Shown here: in pieces, positions 51,662 to 59,450 of the stretch
Layout: each line of letters opens with the position of its first letter
Numbering within the stretch: the first letter of the stretch is position 1
From: Chloroflexota bacterium
GTDB lineage: Bacteria; Chloroflexota; Dehalococcoidia; JACQUD01
Assembly: GCA_016210485.1 (NCBI GenBank)
Contig: JACQUD010000074.1
Location: 12,590 to 76,589, forward strand
Length of the DNA: 64,000 nt
Direction of reading: 5' to 3'
Notes under the pieces: generated by a model
What the model was told of the DNA's origin: nothing
The model's input: only the letters and a program-made list of their open reading frames with translations
Databases searched by the model: none
Program-made: the position numbers and the translations under genes

Positions 51662-52690
51662 CTATCTTTGGGGATGGACGATGACCTTCAAGCAGTCCCG
51701 GGCCCGGGAGACCAACTGAAAGCCCATCCCCACCTCCCCAAAGGGCAAACGATGGCTGACCATGCCCTCCAAGCTCACCCGGCGGGAGCGGATAAGCTCC
51801 AGGGCCAGGTGATGGTCGGCGGGGCTGCCGGCATAAGAGGTAGTCAGCGTGACATCGGTGCGCCAGAAGGTATCGTTGAAAGGCAATGGAAAGCTGTAGT
51901 CCGGCGGAGCGGGAGCGAAGAAGAGGATAGTTCCCCCTCGCTCCACCACCTTCAGGGCCTGTTTCAACGCCTGGGGAACACCGGTGCAGGCTATAACCAG
52001 ATCGGCCAGGCGGCCTCCGTTCACCTGGCGCAGGCGGCCGGACACATCATCGCTACTAAATGCGAAATCGGCACCGAATTTAAGGGCCGCCTCCAGGCGG
52101 TAATCCAGGACATCAGTCGCCACCACCCGCCCCGCTCCTAGAGCGCGGGCTAGCTGAATATGAAGGAGGCCGGCCACGCCGCTGCCCAGGACCAGGACGC
52201 TCTGGCCCGGCGAGAGCCCGGCCCGCCTCTGGCCCCGCACCACACAGGCCAGGGGCTCGATGAAGGTAGCCTCATCGTAGGACACCTCCGGGGGAAGAGG
52301 ATACACCCCCCGGTCCACATTTATAGCCGGGAGCCTGACATACTCGGCGAAGCCCCCGGGGTCGAAGTGAGTGGTGCGCAGGGTATCGCACATGGTGTGG
52401 TGGCCGCTGCGGCAGTAGTGGCAGGTATTGCAGGGGACGTGGTGAGAGGCCGAGATGCGATCCCCTATCTTATAAGCAATTACCCCCTCCCCCACCGCGG
52501 CCACCTCACCCCCCACCTCATGGCCCAGGACCAGGGGGACACTATCCTTCCGATACCACTCCAGGACATCGCTGCCGCATATGCCGCAGGCGTGAACGCG
52601 CATGAGCAGCTCGCCGGGGCCTATGGGGGGGACGGGCATCTCCTCCACCAGCACCCGGTCGTTGTTGTAATACATGGCTACACGCATCAT
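51662..52690 (-). CDS. Zinc-dependent alcohol/threonine/sorbitol dehydrogenase family (MDR) oxidoreductase
   Basis: CGICGSD, GHEVGGEVAAVGEGV, the structural zinc Cys cluster C..C..C.......C and Rossmann motif VLGSGVAGL. Confidence 0.88.
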   Translation of the reverse strand: MMRVAMYYNNDRVLVEEMPVPPIGPGELLMRVHACGICGSDVLEWYRKDSVPLVLGHEVGGEVAAVGEGVIAYKIGDRISASHHVPCNTCHYCRSGHHTMCDTLRTTHFDPGGFAEYVRLPAINVDRGVYPLPPEVSYDEATFIEPLACVVRGQRRAGLSPGQSVLVLGSGVAGLLHIQLARALGAGRVVATDVLDYRLEAALKFGADFAFSSDDVSGRLRQVNGGRLADLVIACTGVPQALKQALKVVERGGTILFFAPAPPDYSFPLPFNDTFWRTDVTLTTSYAGSPADHHLALELIRSRRVSLEGMVSHRLPFGEVGMGFQLVSRARDCLKVIVHPQR

Positions 52691-52751
52691 GCTCCCCCCG
52701 AATCTTGACTCAAGGCACGTAATCTGGCCACTTCACTCCATAAATTCTAGA

Positions 52752-52814
52752 CCCTTCGCTGCGCTCAGAGCGACACTTTTGAAATGTCACCCTGAACGAA
52801 GTGAAGAATCTCAG
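52752..52814. repeat. Palindromic intergenic element (copy 2; same ~30-nt unit, arms in tail-to-tail order)
   Basis: cccttcgctgcgctcagagcgaca-cttttgaaa-tgtcaccctgaacgaagtgaagaatctcag. The unit tgtcaYYctgaRcgaagYgaagaatctSag is shared with 38283-38345. Confidence 0.7.
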
Positions 52815-52851
52815 TGTAGCTGAAGAAGGCCAAGCAGGCGAAACAAGATGG

Positions 52852-53658
52852 CTAGACCCTTGCCACCGCCCGTTTCGACTCGCCAGCCAGGACCTCCGCC
52901 GCCGCCTTGACCGAGGCCCCCTCGTGGACGATGGCCCGGATGGCCTTAATCATGCCCACCGGAGACTCGGCCTGGAAGATGTTCCGCCCCATATCCACCC
53001 CGACAGCGCCCCGGGAAACGGCGTTGTAGGTGACTTCCAGGACATCCCGCTCAGACTCCATCCTGGGCCCCCCGGCGATGACCAGGGGCACGGGGCAGCC
53101 TGTGACCACCTTCTCGAAGTCCTCGCAGTAATACGTCTTCACTATCCGGGCGCCCAGCTCGGCGGCCACCCGGCAGCACAGGGCCAGATATCGGGCCTCC
53201 CTCTTCTCCAGCTCCCGGCCCACGGAGGTCACCGCCAGCACCGGCAGGCCGAACTCCTCCGCCTCATCCACCAGCCGGGACAGATTCGTGAGGGTATCGT
53301 GCTCATCCTCCGTGCCCACGTGGATGGAGGTGGCTATCGCCGAGACGTTGAGGCGCACCGCCTCCTTGACCGAGGTGATGATGCCCTCCTTAGACAGGGA
53401 GGGGCCGGCCAGGGTCATGCCGCCCGAGACCCGCAGGATGACGGGGCCGACCTTGGCGGCGTCCACCGAGGTACGCAAGATGCCCCGGGTTACCATGATG
53501 GCATCGGCATAGGGGAGGAGGGGCTTTAGGGTTTTTTGAGGCTCCTCCAGCTTCTTGATGGGGCCCTGGAAATAGCCGTGGTCCAGGGCTAAAAAGACAG
53601 CGTGGCCCGTCTCCGGGTTGATGAGCCGGGCCATACGGTTCTTCATTCCCCAATCCAT
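52852..53658 (-). CDS. DhnA-type class I aldolase (fructose-bisphosphate aldolase / ADH-synthase family)
   Basis: RBS aaaggagg is 7 nt before ATG 53658. G.AVFLALDHGYFQGP, VLAVT and the Schiff-base Lys context RIVKTYY. Confidence 0.8.
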   Translation of the reverse strand: MDWGMKNRMARLINPETGHAVFLALDHGYFQGPIKKLEEPQKTLKPLLPYADAIMVTRGILRTSVDAAKVGPVILRVSGGMTLAGPSLSKEGIITSVKEAVRLNVSAIATSIHVGTEDEHDTLTNLSRLVDEAEEFGLPVLAVTSVGRELEKREARYLALCCRVAAELGARIVKTYYCEDFEKVVTGCPVPLVIAGGPRMESERDVLEVTYNAVSRGAVGVDMGRNIFQAESPVGMIKAIRAIVHEGASVKAAAEVLAGESKRAVARV

Positions 53659-53971
53659 GGCAAGCCTCCTTTCACCGCCCATTGGGCAGCCCTATTCTAC
53701 CACGCAGCAAACAGAGAAGGAAACCACTCTTGCCCCAGGGCTCGATAATCCCTTTGGGCCTGTACCCGAGCCAATCAGGGACAACACCACCCCTCTTTTG
53801 TCTGGCCTCAAATCACCCAAAACGGGGTGTCCAGGCATGAGGAAGCCCGGATACACTACCCACGCAAGAACAACAAAAGGATTGCAGCGTTTGAAACAAA
53901 TCAAAGGGCAGTCGGGGAAAAGAGGGAGCCCGTTTCTCACTGCCTCGGATACAAAGAAAGGAGGTAGATAG

Positions 53972-54178
53972 ATGGCTGTAGAAAAATCCATTGGTTCATC
54001 CAGCCTGGCCGAGGTGGTGGATCGCATCTTGGACAAGGGCGTAGTAGTGGACGCCTGGGTCCGCGCCAGCCTGGTGGGCATCGAGATCCTGGCCGTCGAG
54101 GCCAGGGTCGTAGTGGCCAGCGTGGACACCTTTTTAAAGTACGCCGAGGCCATTGGACTAACGGCAGCTGCGGCCTAA
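53972..54178 (+). CDS. gvpA: Gas vesicle structural protein GvpA
   Basis: RBS aaaggagg. The 68-aa sequence [55 protein letters not shown] is near-identical to the canonical GvpA core. Confidence 0.97.
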   Translation: MAVEKSIGSSSLAEVVDRILDKGVVVDAWVRASLVGIEILAVEARVVVASVDTFLKYAEAIGLTAAAA

Positions 54179-54347
54179 CCCCCATAGCAAGCCGGGCGCC
54201 GGGGTGGCCATGCCGAAAGACGATAGCCCAGCCGGGCTCCTCTTATCAGGCCGTTCCAGGTCGGATAAAAGTCTGAAAAGATGCTGGCAAAGTCGCCTGG
54301 GGATGGCCACCCCGGAGGCAAGACCAAAACAATAATGGAGGAAACCG

Positions 54348-54887
54348 ATGACATTAGCAGAAGAAATGCGCAGCCTGGCCCAGGACATCCTGGGCTCTTT
54401 GGAGGGCAGGGCCACAGCCATTGCGGAAATCAAGCGGGAGACAAGACACCTCCGGTCCCAGACCAGGGCTGGGCTGGGGACACTTCATGAGGCACAGGAA
54501 ACCCTGCGCCGGGAGCTCGGAGAGAGCCTTGCGCAGAGCCGCTCCCACCTTCAGTCCGAGGTAGGCGCTACGCTCCAGGCCTTTGGGCGAGAGCAAAAAA
54601 CAGTGCGCCAGGACATAGCCGGCGCTCGCAACGAGTGGAGAAAGCTGAGCGTGGCCGCGCACTCCAGTAAGGGAAGGCCCGCACACCAGGGAACCGCATC
54701 CTCCCACGGGATGGTTGACCTGGGCGACCGGGCCTTCCAATACCTGACCGACCGCCCCAAGGGCACCAAAATGGCGGAGCTAGAAAAGGCGCTGGGCATT
54801 CCCCGCATCCAGATGGCCAGGGTCTTGAAAAGCCTGGTAGAGGCCAACAAGGTTAAGAAACAGGACCTCCTCTACTTCGCCGCATAA
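54348..54887 (+). CDS. Hypothetical gvp-cluster protein: N-terminal ~100-aa helical/coiled-coil region plus C-terminal winged-helix-like domain
   Basis: RBS ggagga is 6 nt upstream. The N-terminus is rich in R/E/Q/L heptads. The C-terminus FQYLTDRPKGTKMAELEKALGIPRIQMARVLKSLVEANKVKK looks like a wHTH. It occupies the position directly after gvpA. Confidence 0.6.
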   Translation: MTLAEEMRSLAQDILGSLEGRATAIAEIKRETRHLRSQTRAGLGTLHEAQETLRRELGESLAQSRSHLQSEVGATLQAFGREQKTVRQDIAGARNEWRKLSVAAHSSKGRPAHQGTASSHGMVDLGDRAFQYLTDRPKGTKMAELEKALGIPRIQMARVLKSLVEANKVKKQDLLYFAA

Positions 54888-54928
54888 AGCCCTGAACCGA
54901 ATCTCAAATATCTAGGGAGGTAGCAACC

Positions 54929-55843
54929 GTGATGGTGGAAGAGGCAACCACGCTGCTGGAGCCCCACCCACTGCCCAACTTCGTGGAGACGCCCTTTGTG
55001 GCCTCTATCGTAGAGCGGGCCTTGACCTACGTCGCTGCCGGCTTCCCCATCCACTTCCGGGGGGCCTCAGGCACCGGCAAGACCACCCTGGCCCTCCACG
55101 TAGCTAACCGGCTGGGGCGTCCCGTGGTGCTCATCCACGGCGACGAAGAGTTCACCACCTCCGACCTGGTGGGCGGCGAACACGGCTACCGAACCAGAAA
55201 GGTGATAGACAACTTCATCCACTCGGTGCTCAAGACCGAGGAGGACATGAGCCGGCGATGGGTGGACAACCGCCTCACTGTGGCCTGCAAATACGGCCTC
55301 ACCCTCATCTACGACGAGTTCACCCGCTCCCGCCCCGAGGCCAACAACGCGCTGCTCGCCGTCCTTCAGGAGAGAGTCCTGGACCTGCCTGCGGACAGAG
55401 ACGGTGAGGGCTACCTCAGCGTCCATCCCAACTTCGTTGCCATCTTCACCAGCAACCCCGAGGAATATGCCGGCGTCTTCCGCAGCCAGGACGCCCTCCG
55501 CGACCGCATGGTGACCCTGGACCTGGACGGCTTCGACAATGAGACGGAGATAGCCATCACCCAGGCCAAGTCCGGGCTGGGGCGGAGGGAGACGGAGAGG
55601 ATAGTGCGTCTGGTTCAAGCCTTGAGGGAATCGGAGACATGCGATTTCCCTCCCACCATCCGCGGCTGCATCATGGTGGCCAGGACGCTGAAGGCTCTGA
55701 ATGGTGCTGCCTCCTCCCAGGATGGCCTATTCCGACAAATATGCCTTGACGTCCTGGGCTCGGAGGCCGCCAGAGTGGGGAGCCGGGCCCAGGTATCCAG
55801 AGTCAGAGAAAAGCTATGCCACCTCCTGGAACACTACTCTTGA
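54929..55843 (+). CDS. gvpN: Gas vesicle protein GvpN (AAA+ ATPase, CbbQ/NirQ/NorQ/GvpN family)
   Basis: Walker A GASGTGKTT, Walker B LIYDEF, and overall length and context typical of GvpN. Confidence 0.93.
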   Translation: MMVEEATTLLEPHPLPNFVETPFVASIVERALTYVAAGFPIHFRGASGTGKTTLALHVANRLGRPVVLIHGDEEFTTSDLVGGEHGYRTRKVIDNFIHSVLKTEEDMSRRWVDNRLTVACKYGLTLIYDEFTRSRPEANNALLAVLQERVLDLPADRDGEGYLSVHPNFVAIFTSNPEEYAGVFRSQDALRDRMVTLDLDGFDNETEIAITQAKSGLGRRETERIVRLVQALRESETCDFPPTIRGCIMVARTLKALNGAASSQDGLFRQICLDVLGSEAARVGSRAQVSRVREKLCHLLEHYS

Positions 55844-55853
55844 GAGGACGAAT

Positions 55854-56198
55854 ATGATAGGCGCAAGCAGAGTGAAGACTTTGGGCGATATAAGGACTGC
55901 CCTAGGCATCCGCCTTCGCTCCAAGCCAGCCCAGCAGGAAGACTCCTATCGAGACGTCTATCTGCTAGGCATAGAGAAGCTAAGGATGAGGGGAGAGATG
56001 AGGCGGCTGGAGAGGCAGCGGGGAAGAGTGGAGAAACGCCTGGCTGAGATCCGCTCCAAGCTGGAGAGGCTGGCCCAGATGGCGCAGGAGGATGCCGAGC
56101 ATGAGGCTCCATCCCACCCTACGCCCCCAGGAAAACCTTCGGCGGATGCCGGGCAACCCGACCGGAGGCCATGGAAAAGGATGCCTATCCAATACTAA
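55854..56198 (+). CDS. Hypothetical gvp-cluster coiled-coil protein (114 aa)
   Basis: RBS gagagga is 5 nt before ATG 55854. LGIEKLRMRGEMRRLERQRGRVEKRLAEIRSKLERLAQMAQE is followed by a P-rich tail. It holds the positional slot between gvpN and gvpF. Confidence 0.55.
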   Translation: MIGASRVKTLGDIRTALGIRLRSKPAQQEDSYRDVYLLGIEKLRMRGEMRRLERQRGRVEKRLAEIRSKLERLAQMAQEDAEHEAPSHPTPPGKPSADAGQPDRRPWKRMPIQY

Positions 56199-56427
56199 GA
56201 AAGGACTAATTCGAGTATGGAGAGCAGTCCCCATTATCCAGAGGGACTTCAGAGCTGGAAGCAATGTAACCTGCCCTGGCAACATGGGGAGAAGCCCAGA
56301 CAACTTGCCGCAAAGGATACAAGGGAATTGAACAGGGCTGGCATTCGCAACATCTCCCGGCACCTCATGGCTCGGGAGAGAGTCAGATTGCGGAAGAGTA
56401 AACCAGAAGCAAGAGCTGGAGTGAGTT

Positions 56428-57489
56428 ATGGAAGGCAATTATATCTACGGCATCGTCGCCAGCCATAATGGGGCCGGCCTGACCCACCTGGATATCCCTG
56501 GCATCGATGGGCAGGGGCTGACCTTCCTCTGCGCCCGCCGGGACATCGCTTGCCTGGCCAGCCACTACTCCGGCCCCGAGTTCAGCTCCCTGCCTCGGGA
56601 ACAGGTGCTCCACTGCCTGCTCTCCCACCAGGCGGTGATGGAGCACGCCATGAATGAAGGCCCCGTGCTCCCGGCCAAGTTTGGGACGGTGCTCTCCGCA
56701 TCCAGCGAGCTATATCAACTCCTGGAACAAGGCCGCCCGCTGTTCCAGGAAGCCCTGAACCGCCTCCAGTACGTGGTTGAGATGGAGGTGGTCGCTACCT
56801 GGGACCTCCAGCAGGTGCTCCGGGAGATAGGGTCCCAGAGCGACATCGTCGCCGCCAGGGAAACCATAGCCCGGGAGCCCGGGGCAGGCCTGGAGGCGCG
56901 CCTCCGCCTGGGGCAGATGGTCAAGGCCTCTTTGGACCGGCGCCGGACCCAGTTCTGCGAAGTCATAGTAGGCTGCCTCCGGCCCCTGGCCGTCGACCTC
57001 CAGCCCAACGCCCTGGCCTCCGACGAGATGGTGATGAACGTCGCCTTCCTTATAGAGAGGGTGCGGCAGGCTGAGTTGGAGAGCTGTCTGAGACAACTGG
57101 ATAGCCATTTCCAGGACCAGCTTAAATTCCGGGGCATAGGCCCTCTCCCCCCTTACAGCTTCGCTACCGTGGAGGTCAGCAAGCCCGACGGAGAGAAATT
57201 GACAGCGGCCCGGCATCTCCTGGGCCTGGTAGAGACATGCTCCGAGGCAGAGGTGCGAAGAGCCTACCGACATCTGGCCGCCCAGTCTCACCCGGATCGC
57301 CAGACCAGCAGCGAGCCGCCCCAGGTAGAACTCACCCAGCTGCGCCGGGCGGCAGACCTGCTCATCGCACAGTGCCGAGGACGGATGGGAGATGACAGTT
57401 TCCTCATCGCTATAAAGCGCCGCCGGCTGGATGAAGTGCCCTTCCTCCGTTTCGCTGAGACTGAGATGGCTGGAGCCCCCCATGGCTGA
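56428..57489 (+). CDS. GvpF/GvpL family protein with a C-terminal J-domain extension (HPD motif)
   Basis: Residues 1-250 form a GvpF/L core (NYIYGIV...LP.KFGTV...GPLPPYSF). Residues ~258-316, AARHLLGLVETCSEAEVRRAYRHLAAQSHPDRQ...LTQLRRAADLL, match J-domain helices II and III, with HPD encoded at 57289-57297. Confidence 0.85.
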   Translation: MEGNYIYGIVASHNGAGLTHLDIPGIDGQGLTFLCARRDIACLASHYSGPEFSSLPREQVLHCLLSHQAVMEHAMNEGPVLPAKFGTVLSASSELYQLLEQGRPLFQEALNRLQYVVEMEVVATWDLQQVLREIGSQSDIVAARETIAREPGAGLEARLRLGQMVKASLDRRRTQFCEVIVGCLRPLAVDLQPNALASDEMVMNVAFLIERVRQAELESCLRQLDSHFQDQLKFRGIGPLPPYSFATVEVSKPDGEKLTAARHLLGLVETCSEAEVRRAYRHLAAQSHPDRQTSSEPPQVELTQLRRAADLLIAQCRGRMGDDSFLIAIKRRRLDEVPFLRFAETEMAGAPHG

Positions 57490-58258
57490 AGTTGGCAAAT
57501 ACCTCTACTGCATTATCCCCTGCTCGGTGGAACGGACTTTCGCCATCGCGCCCATAGATGACGGAGTCGGCGGGGTGAGCACAATCTGCCATGAAGGCCT
57601 GGCCGCCGTGGTCAGCGACGCCACCTCCAGGCACTATGAGAGCACCCGCAGCAACCTGATGGCCCACGAGAAAGTCCTGGAGGCAGTGATGACGGAGTTC
57701 ACCCTCCTCCCCGTGCGGTTCGGCACCGTGGCCGATGCTGCTACCCCTGCTCAGGACATCCACAAACTCCTGAGCCACAAGTCCGAGGAGTTCCGCGAGC
57801 TTCTAAGGGGGATGGAGGGAACGACAGAGCTGGGCCTCAAAGCCTTCTGGCGGAATGAGAAAGCCATCTTCCCCGAGCTCCTGGCCGAAAACCCGGAGAT
57901 AAAGCGCCTGATAGACTCCCTATCTGCCAGGTCCCGTCAGGCCAGCGCTTCGAGTCCGGAGCGCCTCCACCTGGGGCAGATGGTCAAGGAAGCCCTGGAG
58001 CTCAAGAGGGCCAGAGAGGCAGCGCAGATCCTGTCACCCCTGCGCCCCCTGGCCCAGCGACTTCGAGAGAACTTCCCGCTGGTGGACAGGATGATAGCCA
58101 ACGCTGCCTTTCTGGTGGAAAGGGAGCGTGAGCCTGAGTTCGACATAGCGGTCAGCACCCTGGATAGACAGCTAGGCCAGCGGGTAGCCTTCAAATATGT
58201 GGGGCCGGTGCCACCCTATAATTTCGTGAATATCGTTGTGAACTGGGAAGAGCTTTAG
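57482..58258 (+). CDS. gvpF: Gas vesicle protein GvpF/GvpL family
   Basis: ATG at 57482 overlaps the upstream stop. GKYLYCIIP......I....G.....I...GLAAVVSD, LLPVRFGTV and C-terminal YVGPVPPYNF. Confidence 0.9.
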   Translation: MAEVGKYLYCIIPCSVERTFAIAPIDDGVGGVSTICHEGLAAVVSDATSRHYESTRSNLMAHEKVLEAVMTEFTLLPVRFGTVADAATPAQDIHKLLSHKSEEFRELLRGMEGTTELGLKAFWRNEKAIFPELLAENPEIKRLIDSLSARSRQASASSPERLHLGQMVKEALELKRAREAAQILSPLRPLAQRLRENFPLVDRMIANAAFLVEREREPEFDIAVSTLDRQLGQRVAFKYVGPVPPYNFVNIVVNWEEL

Positions 58259-58266
58259 GTGAAGAG

Positions 58267-58524
58267 ATGAGCCTGCTTCTGAGTTTGCTGACCCTGCCCG
58301 CCCTGGGGCCTATAAGGGGGACCGGCTGGCTGGCCAAGAGAATCGCCGAGGTTGCCTGGGCCGAGATGAAGGACGAAGGGTGGGCCAGGGGCGAGCTCCA
58401 GGAACTTCAGATGCGCCTCGACCTGAGGGAGATAACCGAAGGCGAGTATGCGGAAAAGGAGGCGGCTCTCCTGGAGCAGATAAGGGCCGCTCGGGAAGCC
58501 GAGGCCTTGCCCAGCCAGCGTTGA
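58267..58524 (+). CDS. gvpG: Gas vesicle protein GvpG
   Basis: The 85-aa sequence LPALGPIRGTGWLAKRIAEVAWAEM.DE......L.ELQMRLDLREITEGEYAEKEAALLEQI matches the GvpG family pattern. Confidence 0.88.
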   Translation: MSLLLSLLTLPALGPIRGTGWLAKRIAEVAWAEMKDEGWARGELQELQMRLDLREITEGEYAEKEAALLEQIRAAREAEALPSQR

Positions 58525-58554
58525 ATACACATCACATAAGGAAGGAGGACCGAA

Positions 58555-58809
58555 ATGGTGGTCCAAGAGCTAGCCGAGCGAGCTAAGAGTCAACTGAAAG
58601 ACATCACAGGTCTAATGCCCTCGGCCGTCACCGAGGCCTTCAAGGACGACCTGGGATGGCACATAACCCTGGAGGCACTGGAGATGGCCAGGGTCCCCTC
58701 TACCGCCGACGTCCTGGGCATCTACGAGGCCATCCTGGACGAAGAGGGCAAGCTGCTCAGATTCCAGCGAAAGCGAGCTCGCCTCCGCTGCCAGACGACA
58801 GAAGAATAA
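58555..58809 (+). CDS. gvpO: Gas vesicle protein GvpO
   Basis: A...L.DITG......T.......GW.ITLEALEMARVPSTADVLGIYEAILDEEGKLLRFQRKRA matches the actinomycete-type GvpO pattern (GW.V.VEV.E..RIP...D.LA.YEV.LD..G.L..Y.R). Confidence 0.82.
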   Translation: MVVQELAERAKSQLKDITGLMPSAVTEAFKDDLGWHITLEALEMARVPSTADVLGIYEAILDEEGKLLRFQRKRARLRCQTTEE

Positions 58810-58825
58810 ACTAAGGAGGGAACTC

Positions 58826-59125
58826 ATGAACTCACTAGCGCCCAGAGATACCCTCTCCCTGGCCGACGTTATCGACCGAGTCCTGGACAAGGGCCTGGTC
58901 ATCAACGCCGACATCGCCGTCTCCCTGGCCGGCGTCGAGCTTCTGGGCATCAAGATACGAGCCACCCTGGCCTCCTTCGAGACGGCGGCCCGATACGGCC
59001 TAGAGTTCCCCTCCGGCACCCGGCTGGACACCCCCGCCTGGAGGTCAATCATGGCAGAGGCCGACCCCATCCCCTCCGGCAACGGACACCGCCAGGGAGA
59101 GCTCCCCATCATTGAGGCCAGATGA
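58826..59125 (+). CDS. gvpJ: Gas vesicle protein GvpJ (GvpA/J/M family)
   Basis: LSLADVIDRVLDKGLVINADIAVSLAGVELLGIKIRATLASFETAARYGL. Confidence 0.88.
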   Translation: MNSLAPRDTLSLADVIDRVLDKGLVINADIAVSLAGVELLGIKIRATLASFETAARYGLEFPSGTRLDTPAWRSIMAEADPIPSGNGHRQGELPIIEAR

Positions 59126-59128
59126 GCC

Positions 59129-59449
59129 GTGCCTCTCCGAATCGACGAGGATGGCCTGAAACAGGGGGTGCTGGGGCTAGTTCTGGCCCTGGTGGAGATC
59201 ATCAGGGATGCCCTTAAGCACCAGGCCCTGAGACGGGTGGAGGGCGGGAGCCTGAGCCCACAGGAGATGGAAAGACTGGGGCGGGCGCTGGAGGACCTGG
59301 ACGCCGCCATCGAGGAGATCCAGCAGGAACTGGGGCTCAACGAGGCTGTAAGGTCACTTCGGGAGGGCCTGGACGAGCTGGTGGACGATGCCCTGGAGAG
59401 GATAATAAACCCGGAGAGATGGCAGGGTGCAGCTGAGGCGAGGAATTGA
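59129..59449 (+). CDS. gvpK: Gas vesicle protein GvpK
   Basis: GTG start. GLKQGVLGLVLALVEIIRDALKHQALRRVEGGSLSPQEMERLGRAL..LD..IEEIQQELGL. Confidence 0.88.
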   Translation: MPLRIDEDGLKQGVLGLVLALVEIIRDALKHQALRRVEGGSLSPQEMERLGRALEDLDAAIEEIQQELGLNEAVRSLREGLDELVDDALERIINPERWQGAAEARN

Positions 59450-59450
59450 T

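Noticed and set aside
53683-53971. A sigma-70 promoter for gvpA
   Set aside because: I scanned the 289-nt upstream region for TTGACA/TATAAT-like pairs with 16-19 nt spacing. The best was a weak candidate (TGTCCA-18-TACACT at 53828-53857), so no promoter is called. gvpA may use an activator or an alternative sigma factor.
54281-54490. A 69-aa ORF overlapping the start of the 179-aa gvp-cluster gene
   Set aside because: It is in an alternative frame with Gly/Pro/His-rich composition. The 54348 frame has the RBS (ggagga) and protein-like helical sequence.
56217-56468. An 83-aa ORF filling the gap before the J-domain gvpF/L gene
   Set aside because: It has no RBS, its basic low-complexity sequence (…RERVRLRKSKPEARAGVSYGRQLYLRHRRQP) is unconvincing, and it overlaps the well-supported gvpF/L start. 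I treat the region as non-coding spacer.
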